A DNA stretch of 64,000 nt. Source: Dendrobates tinctorius (Eukaryota). The notes beneath the pieces were generated by a model. The model did no database searches. It was given only the letters and a program-made list of their open reading frames with translations, and had not been told where the DNA came from. The position numbers and the translations under genes were made by a program. The DNA lies in assembly GCF_039654945.1 (NCBI RefSeq), contig NW_027361688.1, positions 2,480,001 through 2,544,000 of the forward strand. Reading direction: 5' to 3'. Shown here piece after piece: positions 21,820 to 36,849 of this stretch (positions within the stretch are counted from its first letter, which is position 1; every line of letters starts with the position of its first letter).

Positions 21820-23990
21820 ATTGGGGGTTTCCACTGTTTGGGCACATCAGGGGCTCTCCAAATGCAACATGGCGTCTGATCTCAATTCCAGCCAATTCTG
21901 AGTTGAAAAAGTCAAATGGTGCTCCTTCCCTTCCAAGCTCTGCTATGCGCCCAAACAGTGTTTTACCCCCACATGTAGGGTATCAGCCTACTCAGGACAA
22001 ATTGCAAAACAATTTTTGGGGTCCAATTTCTCCTGTTACCCTTAGGAAAATAAAAAATTGGGGGCAAAAATATCATTTTTGTGGAAAAAAATGATTTTTT
22101 TATTTTCACGTCTGAGTGTTATAAACTTCTGTGAAGCACTTGGGGGTTCAAAGTGCTCACCACACATCTAGATAAGTTCCGTGGGGGGTCTAGTGTCCAA
22201 AATGGGGTCACTTGTGGGGAGTTTCAATAGTTTAGGTACATCAGGGCCTCTCCAAACGCACATGACACCCGCAGACCATTCCATCAAAGTCTGCATTCCA
22301 AAACGTCACTGCTTCCCTTCCGAGACCCGACGTGTGTCCATACAGTAGTTTTCTCCCACATACTGGGTGTCAGCGTACTCAGGACAAATTGGACAACAAC
22401 TTTTGGGGTCCAATTTCTCCTGTTACCCTTGGGAAAATGAAAAAATTGGGGACTAATTGATCATGTTTGTGGAAAAAATACGATTTTTTTATTTTCATGC
22501 CCTGGCATTATAAACTTCTGTGAAGCCCTTGGGGGTTCAAAGTGCTCACCTCACATCTAGATACGTTCCTTAGTGGGTCTAGTTTTCAAAATGGGGTCAT
22601 TTGTGGGGGGTTTCCACTGTTTAGGTACATTAGGGGCTCTCCAAAGGCAACATGACACCCGCAGACCATTCCATCAAAGTCTGCATTCCAAAACGTCACT
22701 ACTTCCCTTCCGAGCCCCGACGTGTGCCCATACAGTAGTTTTCTCCCACATATGGGGTATCAGCATACTCAGGACAAATTGGACAACAACTTTTGGGGTC
22801 CAATTTCTCCTGGTACCCTTGGGAAAATAAAAAAATGGTGATTAAAAGATCATGTTTGTGGAAAAAATACAAATTTTTTATTTTCACGCCCGGGTGTTAT
22901 AAACTTCTGTGAAGCACTGGGGGGGTCAAAGTGCTCACCACACATCTAGATAAGTTCCTTAGGGGGTCTAGTTTCCAAAATGGTGTCATTTGTGGGGGGG
23001 TTCCACTGTTTTGGTACATCAGGAGTTTTCCAAACGCGACATGGTGTCCGATCTCAATTCCAGCCCAAAACGTCAAATGGCGCTGCTTCCCTTCCGAGCT
23101 CTGCCATGCGCCCAAATAGTGGTTTACCCCCACATGTGGGGTATCAGCGTACTCAGGACAAATTGCACAATAACTTTTAGGGTCCTGCTACCCTTGGAAA
23201 AATAAGAATTGAGGGTGAAAAGATCATTTTTGTGGAAAAAATATGATTTTTTAATTGTATGGCTTTATGTTATAAACTTCTGTGAAGCCCATGGGGGTTC
23301 AAAGTTCTCACCACACATCTAGATAAGTTCCTTAGGGGGTCTAGTTTCCAAAATGGTGTCATTTGTGGGGGGTTTCCACTGTTTTGGTACATCAGGGGTT
23401 TTCCAAACGCGACATCGTGTCCGATCTCAATTCCAGCCAAAAACGTCAAATGGCGCTGCTTCCCTTCCGAGCTCTGCCATGCGCCCAAATAGTGGTTTAC
23501 CCCCACATGTGGGGTATCAGCGTACTCAGGACAAATTGCACAATAACTTTTAGGGTCCTGTTACCCTTGGGAAAATAAAAATTGGGGTGAAAAGATCATT
23601 TTTGTGAAAAAAATATGATTTTTTAATTGTACCGCTGTACGTTATAAACTTCTGTAAAGCCCTTGTGGGTTCAAAGTTCTCACCACATATCTAGATAAGT
23701 TCCTTGGGGGGTCTAGTTTCCAAAATGGGGTCACTTGTAGGGGGTTTCCACTGTTTAGGTACATCAGGGACTCTCCAAATGTGACATGGCGTCCAATCTG
23801 AATTCCAGCCAATTTTGCATTGAAAAAGTCAAACGGCGCTCCTTCCATTCTGAGCTCTGCCATGCGCCGAAACAGTCGTTCCCCCCCACATATCAGGTAT
23901 CTGCGTACTCAGGACAAATTGCACAATAACTTTTGCTGTTCAATTTCTCCTGTTACCCTTGGTAAAATAAAAAAAATTGAACCTGAAGTA
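21820..23990. repeat. Tandem array of 372-390 bp units (about 5.7 copies) inside the piggyBac-like element
   Basis: Anchor ttataaacttctgt at ~22119, 22508, 22897, 23270 and 23642. Confidence 0.9.
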
Positions 23991-25431
23991 TTTTTTTATG
24001 AAAAAAAGTTAGATGTTCATTTTTTTTTAAATATTCAAAAAAATTCCTGTGACGCACCTAAAGGGTTAATAAACTTCTTGAATGTGGTTTTGAGCACCTT
24101 AAGGGGTGCAATTTTTAGAATGGTGTCACTTTTGGGTATTTTCTATCATATAGACCCCTCAAAGTGGCTTCAAATGTGATGTGGTCCTAAAAATAAAATG
24201 GTGTTGTAAAAATGAGAAATCGCTGGTCAACTTTTAACCCTTATAACTTCCTAACAAAAAAAAAATTTGGTTCCAAAATTGTGCTGATGTAAAGTAAACA
24301 TGTGGGAAATGTTAGTTATCAAGTTTTTTGTGTGCCGTATCTCTGTGATTTAAGGGCATAAAAATTCAAAGTTGGAAAATCGCGAAATTTTCAAAATTTT
24401 CGCCAAATTTCCGTTTTTCTCACAAATAAACGCAAGTTATTTGAATGAAATGTTACCACTAACATGAAGTACAATATGTCACGAGAAAACAATGTCAGAA
24501 TCACCGGGATCCATGGAAGCGTTCCAGAGTTATGACCTCATAAAGGTACAGTGGTCAGAATTGTAAAAATTGGCCCGGTCATGAACGTGCAAACCACCCT
24601 TGGGGGTGAAGGGGTTAAGCAGCAAAAAAATGGACAATAAGAATCAAAAAGAAATAATCATCAATTAAGTGCCGTTCAAGCAAAGTCCTATGAATTACAA
24701 AGCAGTTTCAAATCACCAACCCAATAAAAATAATTTAAAGAAATTAATCAGAAATCAGAATAAATCAGAAATTAAGTTGTACATAAAACAAGCAAAAATA
24801 ACGCGTAACAGAAAGATAGAAACTCCAAATTGGTGTCTGCTACAAGTAAAATGAATAGATGAAGGACAAAAAGGAATAAAACTTGGAAAAGAAAAACTAC
24901 TTTGCCAGATATAAGAAAATGAACTGAACTTATGTATAGAAACAAAGACTAAAGTCTAAAGTAAGACCACAAAATACATTTCTGGATAGACATTTGGTCG
25001 GTTTATGGACAGTCCTGACGACCATGACTCGGTAGGGGGAAATTAATTTAATTATATAGAGCTGAGAAAACCAAACATAATGACCTCATAAATTATTAAT
25101 TATAAATTCATATGAAAATCTTTTATTGAAATTGATTTTTATCAAGTTTAATAATAGGAAAATGATATATCAACAACATCAATAACAATTAACTTTTAAC
25201 TGGGAAAAGGAAAGCGGGAAGGAAAAAAAAAGGAAAAATTAGGAGAATTTTAATAGCATACACTAATATTATTCATATAATAGGGATAAAGGAAAAGGAG
25301 AAGGAAGGGAAAAGGGAGAGGAGAGATTTGGGAAAGAAGTGTAAGGAATCATACAAAACAAGAAACAAAGAACACCGAAATAGAAACTTGTTGTGTCTGT
25401 AAGTTTATCCTACCAGGCTATAATCTAATCT

Positions 25432-25643
25432 TTATTTTTTTTTTTTATATAGCGCTAACATATTCCGCAGCACTTTACAGTTTGCACACATTATCATCAC
25501 TGTCCCCGATGGGGCTCACAATCTAAATTCCCTATCAGTATGTCTTTAGAATGTGGGAGGAAACCCACGCAAACACAGGGAGAACATACAAACTCCTTGC
25601 AGATGTTGTCCTTGGTGGGATTCGAACCCAGGACTCCACTGCT
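25432..25643 (-). mobile_element. tRNA-derived SINE (V-SINE-like)
   Basis: Minus strand has a B-box GGGTTCGAATCCC, a V-domain-like GGAGTTTGTATGTTCTCCC..GTTTGCGTGGGTTTCCTCC and an A-rich tail. Confidence 0.75.
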
Positions 25644-26549
25644 ATCCATCATATTATCATAGGTAGACTTATAATATTCTTAAGACATGGAAGAACAGAA
25701 TTTCTTCTTCCAAAACATGAAAATCTTTTATATGGAAGGATGAAAAGGAGGGGGTGTGAATGAGTGATTTTTTTTTTAGAATATACTTATTAATATACTT
25801 ATTAATATACATTATTATCAAGTATTGTAAAATATGTATGGAGTAAAGTTACCTATTGTGGACTATGAATATGCAATAATTAATATGGGAAGGGAAGAGA
25901 AACAATTGTATTCAGGACTGGGGTCCCCACTAACAGGGTCGGACTGAGCCACTGACACCTGCTGGGATACAGGGCCAGCAGCTGCCTAGGGCCCCGCCTG
26001 CTCCAGGGACCCCAGACAGTGGTGTGTCACTAATAGCGGCACACCAAGCGGCTGCTATGGGGGCCCCCGATGCCAGCAGAGCAGCAGCGGAGGCAGGAGC
26101 CGGCTGCTGCTGCCAAAGCCTGTCCCCGCTGCTAAAGAGAAATTAATATTCACCCTTCAATACTCCCCCATGGGCGTGGAGAGGGGTGAATATTCATTTC
26201 AGTTTAATAGCGGGCAGTGTTAGCAGGCTACGGCTAACAGTTACTGCAGACCAGGGCCCCTGCTCCCCCAGCCCACATGGTCGCTATGGGGCTGTAAGTC
26301 AGGGGTACATGGCGTCAGTGCTGCCCCACAGTGTGCGCCACATTTAACTGTATCGGTATCAGATGATGCTCCCTCTTCCATCATTCCCCTCTGCCTCTAA
26401 CACAGCTGGTGCGCGATGACGTCACTTCATCACGCACCATGCTGTGTGCCGGGCAGACGGTAGTGAGTGCAGCTGCTGATCCGGAATTAGAGTGGGAACG
26501 AGGAGAGGCAAGTATTATGGTTCTTTTTTGATTAATATCAGTGAGTCCT

Positions 26550-27325
26550 GTGAGGGGGCAGCATTATTCCCTATGGGGGAAGCTGCATTATACCCTTTGA
26601 GGGGGCGGCATAATACCCTATTGGGGAGCTGCATTTTACCCTATGACAGGGGCAGCATTATACCCTATGGGGAGCTGCATTATACCCTATGAGGGGGCAG
26701 CATGATACCCTATGAGGGGGCAGCATGATACCCTATGAGGGGGGCATCATGATACCCTATGAGGGAGCTGCATTATACCCTGAATGGGGAATGCATTATA
26801 TTCTGTGAGGGGCTGCATTATATTCTATGAAGGGGCTGCATTATACCTTAAGAGGGGGCTGCATTATACTCTGAGGAGGCTACATTATATTCTGTAGGGG
26901 GCCTGTATTATATTATATGAAGGGGGCTGCATTATACCCTATGAGGGGGCTACATTATTTTCTATGGGGGACTGCATTATACCCTATGAGGGGGCTACAT
27001 TATTTTCTATGGGGGACTACATTATACTCTATGGGGGGCTGCATTATACTCTATGAGGCTGGCTGCAATATATTCTATGGGGGGCTACATTATTTTCTAT
27101 GAGGGGTCTACATTATATTCTATGGGGGGGCTATATTATTTTCTATGAGAGGTCTACATTATACTCTATGAGGGTGCTGCATTACATTCTATGAGGGGGT
27201 TGCATTATACTATATGAGGGCTGCATTATATTCCATGAAGGGGCTACATTATACTATATGAGGGGGCTACATTATATACTATGAGGGGACTGCATTATAC
27301 CCTTTGAGAGGGCTACTTCATATTC
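26550..27325. repeat. Minisatellite, ~22-24 bp unit (ggggctgcattataccctatga); resumes at 28951-29010
   Basis: Directly visible; split by the Tc1 insertion. Confidence 0.9.
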
Positions 27326-27327
27326 TA

Positions 27328-28950
<1,623 letters not shown>

Positions 28951-29203
28951 TATGAGTTGGCTAGTTTATATTCTATGAGGGGGCTACTTTATATTCTTTG
29001 AGGGGGGCTACCCCAACCCCTGCTACATAACTAAGATATGTACTACCTGATATTATACCCTGATATTGACAGTTGGTGGTCTTGTATTTATTTCTAGGTA
29101 GCTACATAGTGGGCTCCAAGAATAATTTTCACTGGTGGGCCCAAGGTTCTCCAGTCCGACGCTGCCCACTAATTATTGTTGCCCAGTCAAATATGTAAAT
29201 ATA

Positions 29204-30806
29204 CAGTGGGTATAGAAAGTATTCAGACCCTTTTACATTTTTCACTCTTTGTTTCATTTCAACCATTTGGTAAATTCAAAAAAGTTCATTTTTTCTCATT
29301 AATGTACACTCTGCACCACATCTTGACTGATGAAAAACAGAAATGTAGACAATTTTGCAAATTTATCAAAAAAGAAATATCACATGGTCATAAGTATTCA
29401 GCCCTTTTGCTCAGTGTTGAGTAGAAGCGCCTTTTGAGCTAGTACAGCCATGAGTCTTCTTGGGAATGATGCAACAATTTTTTCACCCCTGGATTTGGGG
29501 ATCCTCTGCCATTCTTCCTTGCAGATCCTCTGAAAGTTCCGCCAGGTTGGATGGTGAACATTGGTGGACAGCCATTTTCAGGTCTCTCCAGAGATGCTCA
29601 ATTGAGTTTAGGTCAGGGCTCTGGCTGGGTCAGTCAAGAATGGTCACAGAGTTGTTCTGAAGCCACTCCTTTGTTATTTTAGCTGTGTGCTTAGGGTCAT
29701 TGTCTTGTTGGAAGGTGAACTTTCGGCCAAGTCTGAGGTCCAGAGCACTCTGGAAGAGGTTTTCATCCAGGATATCTCTGTACTTGGCTGCATTCATGTT
29801 TCCTTCAATGACAACCAGTTGTCCTGTCCCTGCAGCTGAAAAACACCCCCATAACATGATGATGCCACCACCATAATTCATTGTTGGGATTGCATTGGGC
29901 AGGTGATGAGCAGTGCCTTGTTTTCTCCACACATACCGCTTAGAATTATCACCTAAAAGTTCTATCTTCGTCTCATCAGATCATTTCTCATAATCTGGGA
30001 GTCCTTCATGTGTTTTTTTTTTTGCAAACTCCATGCGGACTTTCATATGTCTTGCACTGGCTTCTGTAGGGCCACTCTGCCTTAAAGACCCGAATGGTGG
30101 AGGGCTGCAGTGATAGGTGACTTTGTTGAACTTTCTCCCATTTCCCTACTGCATCTCTGGAGCTCAGTGATCTTGGGGTTCTTCTTTACTTCTCTCACCA
30201 AGGCTCTTCTCCCACGATTGCTCAGTTTAGCTGGAAAGCCAGATTTAGGAAGACTTCTGGTGGTTCCAAACTTCTTCCATGTAAGGATTATGGAGGCCAG
30301 TGTGCTTTTAGGAACGTTGAGTACTACAAAAATTCTTTTGTAACCTTGGCCAGATCTGTGCCTTGCCACAATTCTGTCTCTGAGCTCCTTGGCCAGTTCC
30401 TTTGACCTCATGATTCTCATTTGGTCTGACATGCACTGTGAGCTGTGAGGTCTTATATAGACAGGTGTGCCCCTGTACAAATCAAGTCCTATCAGTTTAA
30501 CTAAGCACAGCTGGACTTCAATGAAGGAGTAGAACCATCTCAAGGAGGATCACAAGGAAATGGCAGCATGTGACTTAAATATGAGTGTGTGAGCAAAGGG
30601 TCTGAATACTTGTGACCATGTGATATTTCAATTTTTCTTTTTTTATAAATCTGCAACAATTTCTACATTTGTTTTTTTCAGTCAAGATGGGGGTGCAGAG
30701 TGTAAATTAATGAGAAAAAATGAACTCTTTTTGAATTTACCAAATGGCTGCAATAAAACAAAGAGTGAAAAATTTAAAGGGGTCTGAATACTTTCCGTAC
30801 CCACTG
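29204..30806 (-). mobile_element. Full-length but decayed Tc1 element #2
   Basis: ~200-bp TIRs cagtgggtatagaaagtattcagaccc / gggtctgaatactttccgtacccactg; transposase fragments MRSKELAKELRDRIV.. and FQQDNDPKH in separate frames. Confidence 0.92.
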
Positions 30807-30992
30807 TGAAGCCATTATTGTCAAACTACTGTGTTTTCTCTTTTTAAATCATACTGACAACCCAAAACATGGCTTCATCCAACCATTAACCATGAGTGGA
30901 GAAAAAGATATGGTGCTATCATTCATATTCTCTGAGAAAAGGCCAAGAAAGCAAATATTATGCCGGGGTATGTAAACTTTTGAGCACAACTG
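30807..30992. mobile_element. Terminal fragment of another Tc1-like element
   Basis: Ends ggggtatgtaaacttttgagcacaactg|TA, a Tc1-type TIR end. Confidence 0.55.
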
Positions 30993-31485
30993 TATACCTA
31001 CAGTCACGTTCCGAATAACTTCTGATCCTAATTTTCTCAATATTCAGTGAAAAACTACAGTCTGTGCTCATTGACAGAGACAGGAAGAGAATCTAGTTGG
31101 ATCATAAGTAAAAGTATGAAAATCGTATGAATGGTGATGTGATGATCACTGGAACTGGCAAGCAGAACCAAATCCTGACAGTGAGTATATTGCACACTGT
31201 TAGGACTCAGAGCATTAATAATAAAATGAAGCCTTGTAGCATGCCAAATCCTAACATAAATAAGTACAAGAATACATAATAGCAATAACCATCAGTACAA
31301 GAGTAAAGCATCATCATCATCCGTACAGAAATACAATTCCAGAACCATTGACCGTACATAAAAACATCCCCAGAACCACCATCAGTAAAGGAATACATCA
31401 CCCGAACAACCATCGGTACATAAAACATCTCAAGAATGACCAAAAGTACAAGAATACAGCTTCACACACCATTAGTACATAAATA

Positions 31486-33091
31486 CAGTGGGGAAAAAAA
31501 GTATTTAGTCAGTCAGCAATAGTGCAAGTTCCACCACTTAAAAAGATGAGAGGCGTCTGTAATTTACATCATAGGTAGACCTCAACTATGGAAGACAAAC
31601 TGAGAAAAAAAATCCAGAAAATCACATTGTCTGTTTTTTTTTTCATTTTATTTGCATATTATGGTGGAAAATAAGTATTTGGTCAGAAACAAAATTTCAT
31701 CTCAATACTTTGTGATATATCCTTTGTTGGCAATGACAGAGATCAAACGTTTTCTGTAAGTCTTCACAAGGTTGCCACACACTGTTGTTGGTATGTTGGC
31801 CCATTCCTCCATGCAGATCTCCTCTAGAGCAGTGATGTTTTTGGCTTTTCGCTTGGCAACACGGACTTTCAACTCCCTCCAAAGGTTTTCTATAGGGTTG
31901 AGATCTGGAGACTGGCTAGGCCACTCCAGGACCTTGAAATGCTTCTTACGAAGCCACTCCTTCGTTGCCCTGGCGGTGTGCTTTGGATCATTGTCATGTT
32001 GAAAGACCCAGCCACGTTTCATCTTCAATGCCCTTGCTGATGGAAGGAGGTTTGCACTCAAAATCTCACGATACATGGCCCTATTCATTCTTTCATGTAC
32101 CCGGATCAGTCGTCCTGGCCCCTTTGCAGAGAAACAGCCCCAAAGCATGATGTTTCCACCACCATGCTTTACAGTAGGTATGGTGTTTGATGGATGCAAC
32201 TCAGTATTCTTTTTCCTCCAAACACGACAAGTTGTGTTTCTACCAAACAGTTCCAGTTTGGTTTCATCAGACCATAGGACATTCTCCCAAAACTCCTCTG
32301 GATCATCCAAATGCTCTCTAGCAAACTTCAGACGGGCCCGGACATGTACAGGCTTAAGCAGTGGGACACGTCTGGCACTGCAGGATCTGAGTCCATGGTG
32401 GCGTAGTGTGTTACTTATGGTAGGCCTTGTTACATTGGTCCCAGCTCTCTGCAGTTCATTCACTAGGTCCCCCCGCGTGGTTCTGGGATTTTTGCTCACC
32501 GTTCTTGTGATCATTCTGACCCCACGTGGTGGGATTTTGCGTGGAGCACCAGATCGAGGGAGATTATCAGTGGTCTTGTATGTCTTCCATTTTCTAATTA
32601 TTGCTCCCACAGTTGATTTCTTCACTCCAAGCTGGTTGGCTATTGCAGATTCAGTCTTCCCAGCCTGGTGCAGGGCTACAATTTTGTTTCTGGTGTCCTT
32701 TGACAGCTCTTTGGTCTTCACCATAGTGGAGTTTGGAGTCAGACTGTTTGAGGGTGTGTACAGGTGTCTTTTTATACTGATAACAAGTTTAAACAGGTGC
32801 CATTACTACAGGTAATGAGTGGAGGAAAGAGGAGACTCTTAAAGAAGAAGTTACAGGTCTGTGAGAGCCAGAAATCTTGATTGCTTGTTTCTGACCAAAT
32901 ACTTATTTTCCACCATAATATGCAAATAAAATGAAAAAAAAAAAGACAATGTGATTTTCTGGATTTTTTTTTCTCAGTTTGTCTCCCATAGTTGAGGTCT
33001 ACCTATGATGTAAATTACAGACGCCTCTCATCTTTTTAAGTGGTGGAACTTGCACTATTGCTGACTGACTAAATACTTTTTTTCCCCACTG
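31486..33091 (-). mobile_element. Full-length young Tc1 element #3 (DD34E, IR/DR-type ends)
   Basis: TA|cagtggggaaaaaaagtatttagtcagtc ... gactgactaaatactttttttccccactg|TA; ~205-bp near-identical TIRs. Confidence 0.97.
31702..32724 (-). CDS. Tc1-family transposase, intact, 340 aa
   Basis: [10 protein letters not shown].., [28 protein letters not shown] (D-34-E); ends GYITKY. Confidence 0.95.
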   Translation of the reverse strand: MVKTKELSKDTRNKIVALHQAGKTESAIANQLGVKKSTVGAIIRKWKTYKTTDNLPRSGAPRKIPPRGVRMITRTVSKNPRTTRGDLVNELQRAGTNVTRPTISNTLRHHGLRSCSARRVPLLKPVHVRARLKFAREHLDDPEEFWENVLWSDETKLELFGRNTTCRVWRKKNTELHPSNTIPTVKHGGGNIMLWGCFSAKGPGRLIRVHERMNRAMYREILSANLLPSARALKMKRGWVFQHDNDPKHTARATKEWLRKKHFKVLEWPSQSPDLNPIENLWRELKVRVAKRKAKNITALEEICMEEWANIPTTVCGNLVKTYRKRLISVIANKGYITKY

Positions 33092-33175
33092 TACATCCCT
33101 AGAAACACCAACAGTACAAGAATACATCATCACAATAATCAATGCTGAAATACATGACTAGTACCTACATCAGTA

Positions 33176-34711
33176 CAGTCAAAGTTTTGAGAATGACACA
33201 AATATTAATTTTTACAAAGTCTACTGCTTCATTTTTTCTAAAAACAATTTGCATATACTCCAGAATGTTATAAAGAGTGATCAGCTTAACAGCAATTACT
33301 TGCAAAGTCAATATTTGCCTAGAAAATGAACTTTATCCCCCAAAACACATTTCAACATCATTGCAGCCCTGCCTTAAAAGGACCAGCTAACATCGTTTCA
33401 GTGATTGCTCCATTAACACAGGTGTGGGTGTTGATGAGGACAGGGCTGTCATGATTAAGTAAGAATGATACCACTGGACACTTTAAAAGGAGTCTGGTGC
33501 TTGGCATCATTGTTTCTCTTCTGTTAACCATGGTTATCTCTAAAGAAACACGTGCAGTCATCATTGCACTGCACAAAAATGGCCTAACAGGGAAGAGTAT
33601 CGCAGCTAGAAAGATTGCACCTCAGTCAACAATCTATCGCATCATCAAGAACTTCAAGGAGAGAGGTTCCCTTGTTGCCAAAAAGGCTCCAGGGCGCCCA
33701 AGACCAGCAAGCGCCAGGACCGTCTCTTAAAAGTGTTTCAGCTGCGGGATGGGGCTACCAGCAGTGCATAGCTTGCTCAGGAATGGCAGCAGGCAGGTGC
33801 GAGTGCATCTGCACGCACTGTGAGACTCTTGGAGCAAGGCCTGGTCTCAAGGAGGGCAGCAAAGAAGCCACTTCTCTCCAGAAAAAACATCATGGACAGA
33901 CTGATATTCTGCAAGAGGTACAGGGAGTGGACTGCTGAGGACTGGGGTAAAGTCATTTTCTCTGATGAATCCGCTTTTCGATTGTTTGGGACATCTGGAA
34001 AACGGCTTGTTCGGAGAAGACCAGGTGAGCGCTACCACCAGTCTTGTCTCATGCCAACTGTCAAGCATCCTGAAACCATTCATGTGTGGGGTGGCTTCTC
34101 AGCCAAGGGAATGGGCTCTCTCTCAGTCTTGCCAAAAAACACAGCCATGAATAAAGAATGGTACCAGAATGTCCTCCAAGAGCAACTTCTCCCAACCGTC
34201 CAAGAGCAGTTTGGCGATCAGCAATGCCTTTTTAACATGATGGAGCACCTTGCCTAAAGCAAAGGTGATAACTAAATGGCTCAGGGAACAAAACATAGAG
34301 ATTTTGGGACCATGGCCTGGAAACTCCCCAGATCTTAATCCCATTGAGAACTTGTGGTCAATCATCAAGAGACGGGTGGACAAACAAAAACCTTCAAATT
34401 CAGACAAAATAAAAGCATTGATTTTGCAAGAATGGACAGCTATCAGTCAGGATTTGATCCAGAAGTTGATTGAGAGCATGCCAGGGAGAATTGCTGCGGT
34501 CCTGAAGAAGAAGGGTCAACACTGCAAATATTGACTTGCTGCATTAACTCATTCTAACTGTCAATATAACCTTTTGTTACTCATAATATGATTGCAATTA
34601 TATTTCTGTATGTGATAAAAACATCTGACAAACACACATAAAAACTAGAGGGCAGCAGATCATGTGAAATTATAATATTTGTGTCATTCTCAAAACTTTT
34701 GGCCATGACTG
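33176..34711 (+). mobile_element. Decayed Tc1-like element #4, reconstructing as DD35E (Traveler-type)
   Basis: TA flanks; short TIRs, the left lacking ~7 bp (cagtc[atggcca]aaagttttgagaatgacacaaat). Frameshifted transposase with IFSDES, HDGAPC and [14 protein letters not shown]. Confidence 0.88.
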
Positions 34712-34908
34712 TACAAAAATACATCCCCAGAACCATCAACAGTACGTGAAAACATCCCCAGAACCAATATCATTACAGGAATACATCACCAGAACTTCTA
34801 TCAGTACATGAATTCAGCTTCCCAATTACCAAAAGTACATGTATACATCACCATAATCATCAGTAAAGAAATACATCACCATAACCAACAACATTACAGA
34901 AATATAGC

Positions 34909-34980
<72 letters not shown>

Positions 34981-35639
34981 ATTATTACATGATTACATTC
35001 TAGAATCACCAAAAGTACAGAAATACAGCTTCGCAGCCATCATTAGTACGTGAATAGATCCCCAAAACCACTAACAGTACAGGAATACATCACTAGAATC
35101 ACCCTCATTACATGAACACTGGACTACCAACAGTATAGAAATATACTGAAATGCAAAAGGGTAAGAATGTTTTGAACTTTTGACTTTCATGCTCCATACA
35201 TGACCATCCACTACTACTTTGAACGTGAGACCAACATTTTATAGACAATCATCTTGGCTATCTCATACATAAATATGACTTGCAACTATGTTGAATATGA
35301 TTAGTTATGCAGATTCTTGTCATGTCACTGCATTGCTACTGTTTTGCTCCTGGTGGTGTAAAAATCTTTTTCTTCCTGTATACTACAAAATACAACCTGT
35401 TCTCACATTCCCTAATAGCTCAGTGTTATTAAAATGATGAAAGACAATATAAAAATGTTTATTTTATTAAAGTGCTGGATCAACTCCTGTTTGTGGACTT
35501 CTTATTTGGAATTGGGATCCTATGCACTCATTGAGAGGTGAAAAGATCACATTTTCTATTTTTCAAGACTCCCAGTATATCCTTAACAATGGTAAAGAGA
35601 TACTGGTAGATGTTGCTACCAGCCGTTATCAGACTATGG

Positions 35640-36130
35640 ACTATACCCCTATACTTTAACCTTATACTGTTACACCCCATACTATCTCCTCACACTTTCT
35701 TCCAATATTATCACCTCACACTAATCCTCCCATACTGTCTCTTCACACATCCCTGGTGTCCTAATACATCATCCCCCATACTGTCACTTTACATTATTCC
35801 TCCCATATTGTCCCTTCACACTTTCTCCACATACTGTGCCTTCACACAATTCTTTTGATACTGTCTCCTCACACTCCCCTCATATTGTCTCCTCACACTT
35901 TTCTCCTTGTACTGTCCCATCACTTTTCACCCTCATGCTGTCCCATTAAAAATTCCCCCATAGTGTTCTTCACACTTCTCCCCATAGTGTTGTCTCACAC
36001 TTTTCCCCCATACTGTCTCCTCACTCTCCACTATACTGTCCCCTTCATTATCTCATCCCATATTGTCCCCTAACACTAATGCGCCCATCATGTCTCCTTA
36101 CACCATTCCTCTATACTGTCACCTCACAGC
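35640..36130. repeat. Degenerate minisatellite (ccccatactgtctcctcacac)
   Basis: Directly visible diverged units. Confidence 0.7.
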
Positions 36131-36849
36131 TAAATAGAAACACTGACACCAGTTGTAGTAAAATAATTATATAATATATAAATATATATAATTATGAAAA
36201 TACCACTGAAAATCCTGTCTGCTGAAAGTAGTGGAACCACTAAAGTTAAAAACAACAGCCAAAACAACCGAAGGATCCAATGACCAGGAAAAACCAAGCA
36301 GGATGTACTTAATAAATTGCCTTAATTAATCAGTTGGCAATATTATATAAAAACAAATTAAGAACAATGTACACAATGGGACAACTTACTAAATTTAAAA
36401 AAAAAAATAGATCCAATTATATTATTTCTCATACATATACCTTAAGTCAGCAGTAAAAATTGAAAAAGTGTACATAAAATATAAAAATGTGCAAAGCAAT
36501 AATTTGTGACCAAAAGTGCTAGTGCTATAGTAATAAGAAAATTTCACAACATAGTGTCTCAGATATTAAACATCAAAATTGACACTGAATTCATAATATG
36601 CTACAATTTAAAGTGCATGGTGCATGTGCAAAAAGCAGCATGAGGAATGGTGACACACAATAAGATCTAATAAGGTAATACATAAACAGATACTGCTACC
36701 CAGAGTGCAAATATGCAATATAAGAATAAAATTAATGGGTCATATACCTTTAAATATTGCGTCTCTTTTAATGCACACCCCGACGCGCGTTTTGGAGCAC
36801 TTCCTTCATGATGATTCAGGTGAGATGTTCTGTATATATGTCATTAAAG

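Larger units (their letters stand above)
19240..24614. mobile_element. 5.4-kb non-autonomous piggyBac-like element
   Basis: TTAA|CCCCTTC ... GAAGGGG|TTAA termini, GC-rich subterminal palindromes and an internal tandem array; no transposase ORF. Confidence 0.75.
31230..35150. repeat. Degenerate ~30-bp satellite (accatcagtacaagaatacat...) split by Tc1 #3 and #4; includes (CA)n at 34911-34979
   Basis: Units visible at 31230-31485, 33092-33175 and 34712-35150. Confidence 0.75.

Noticed and set aside
25610-25645. tRNA gene (gggattcgaaccc B-box)
   Set aside because: No full cloverleaf; it is the head of a SINE.
32075-32815. 246-aa ORF antisense to the Tc1 transposase (and similar antisense ORFs over the TRIM genes)
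   Set aside because: Shadow frames of real coding sequence with no recognisable motifs.
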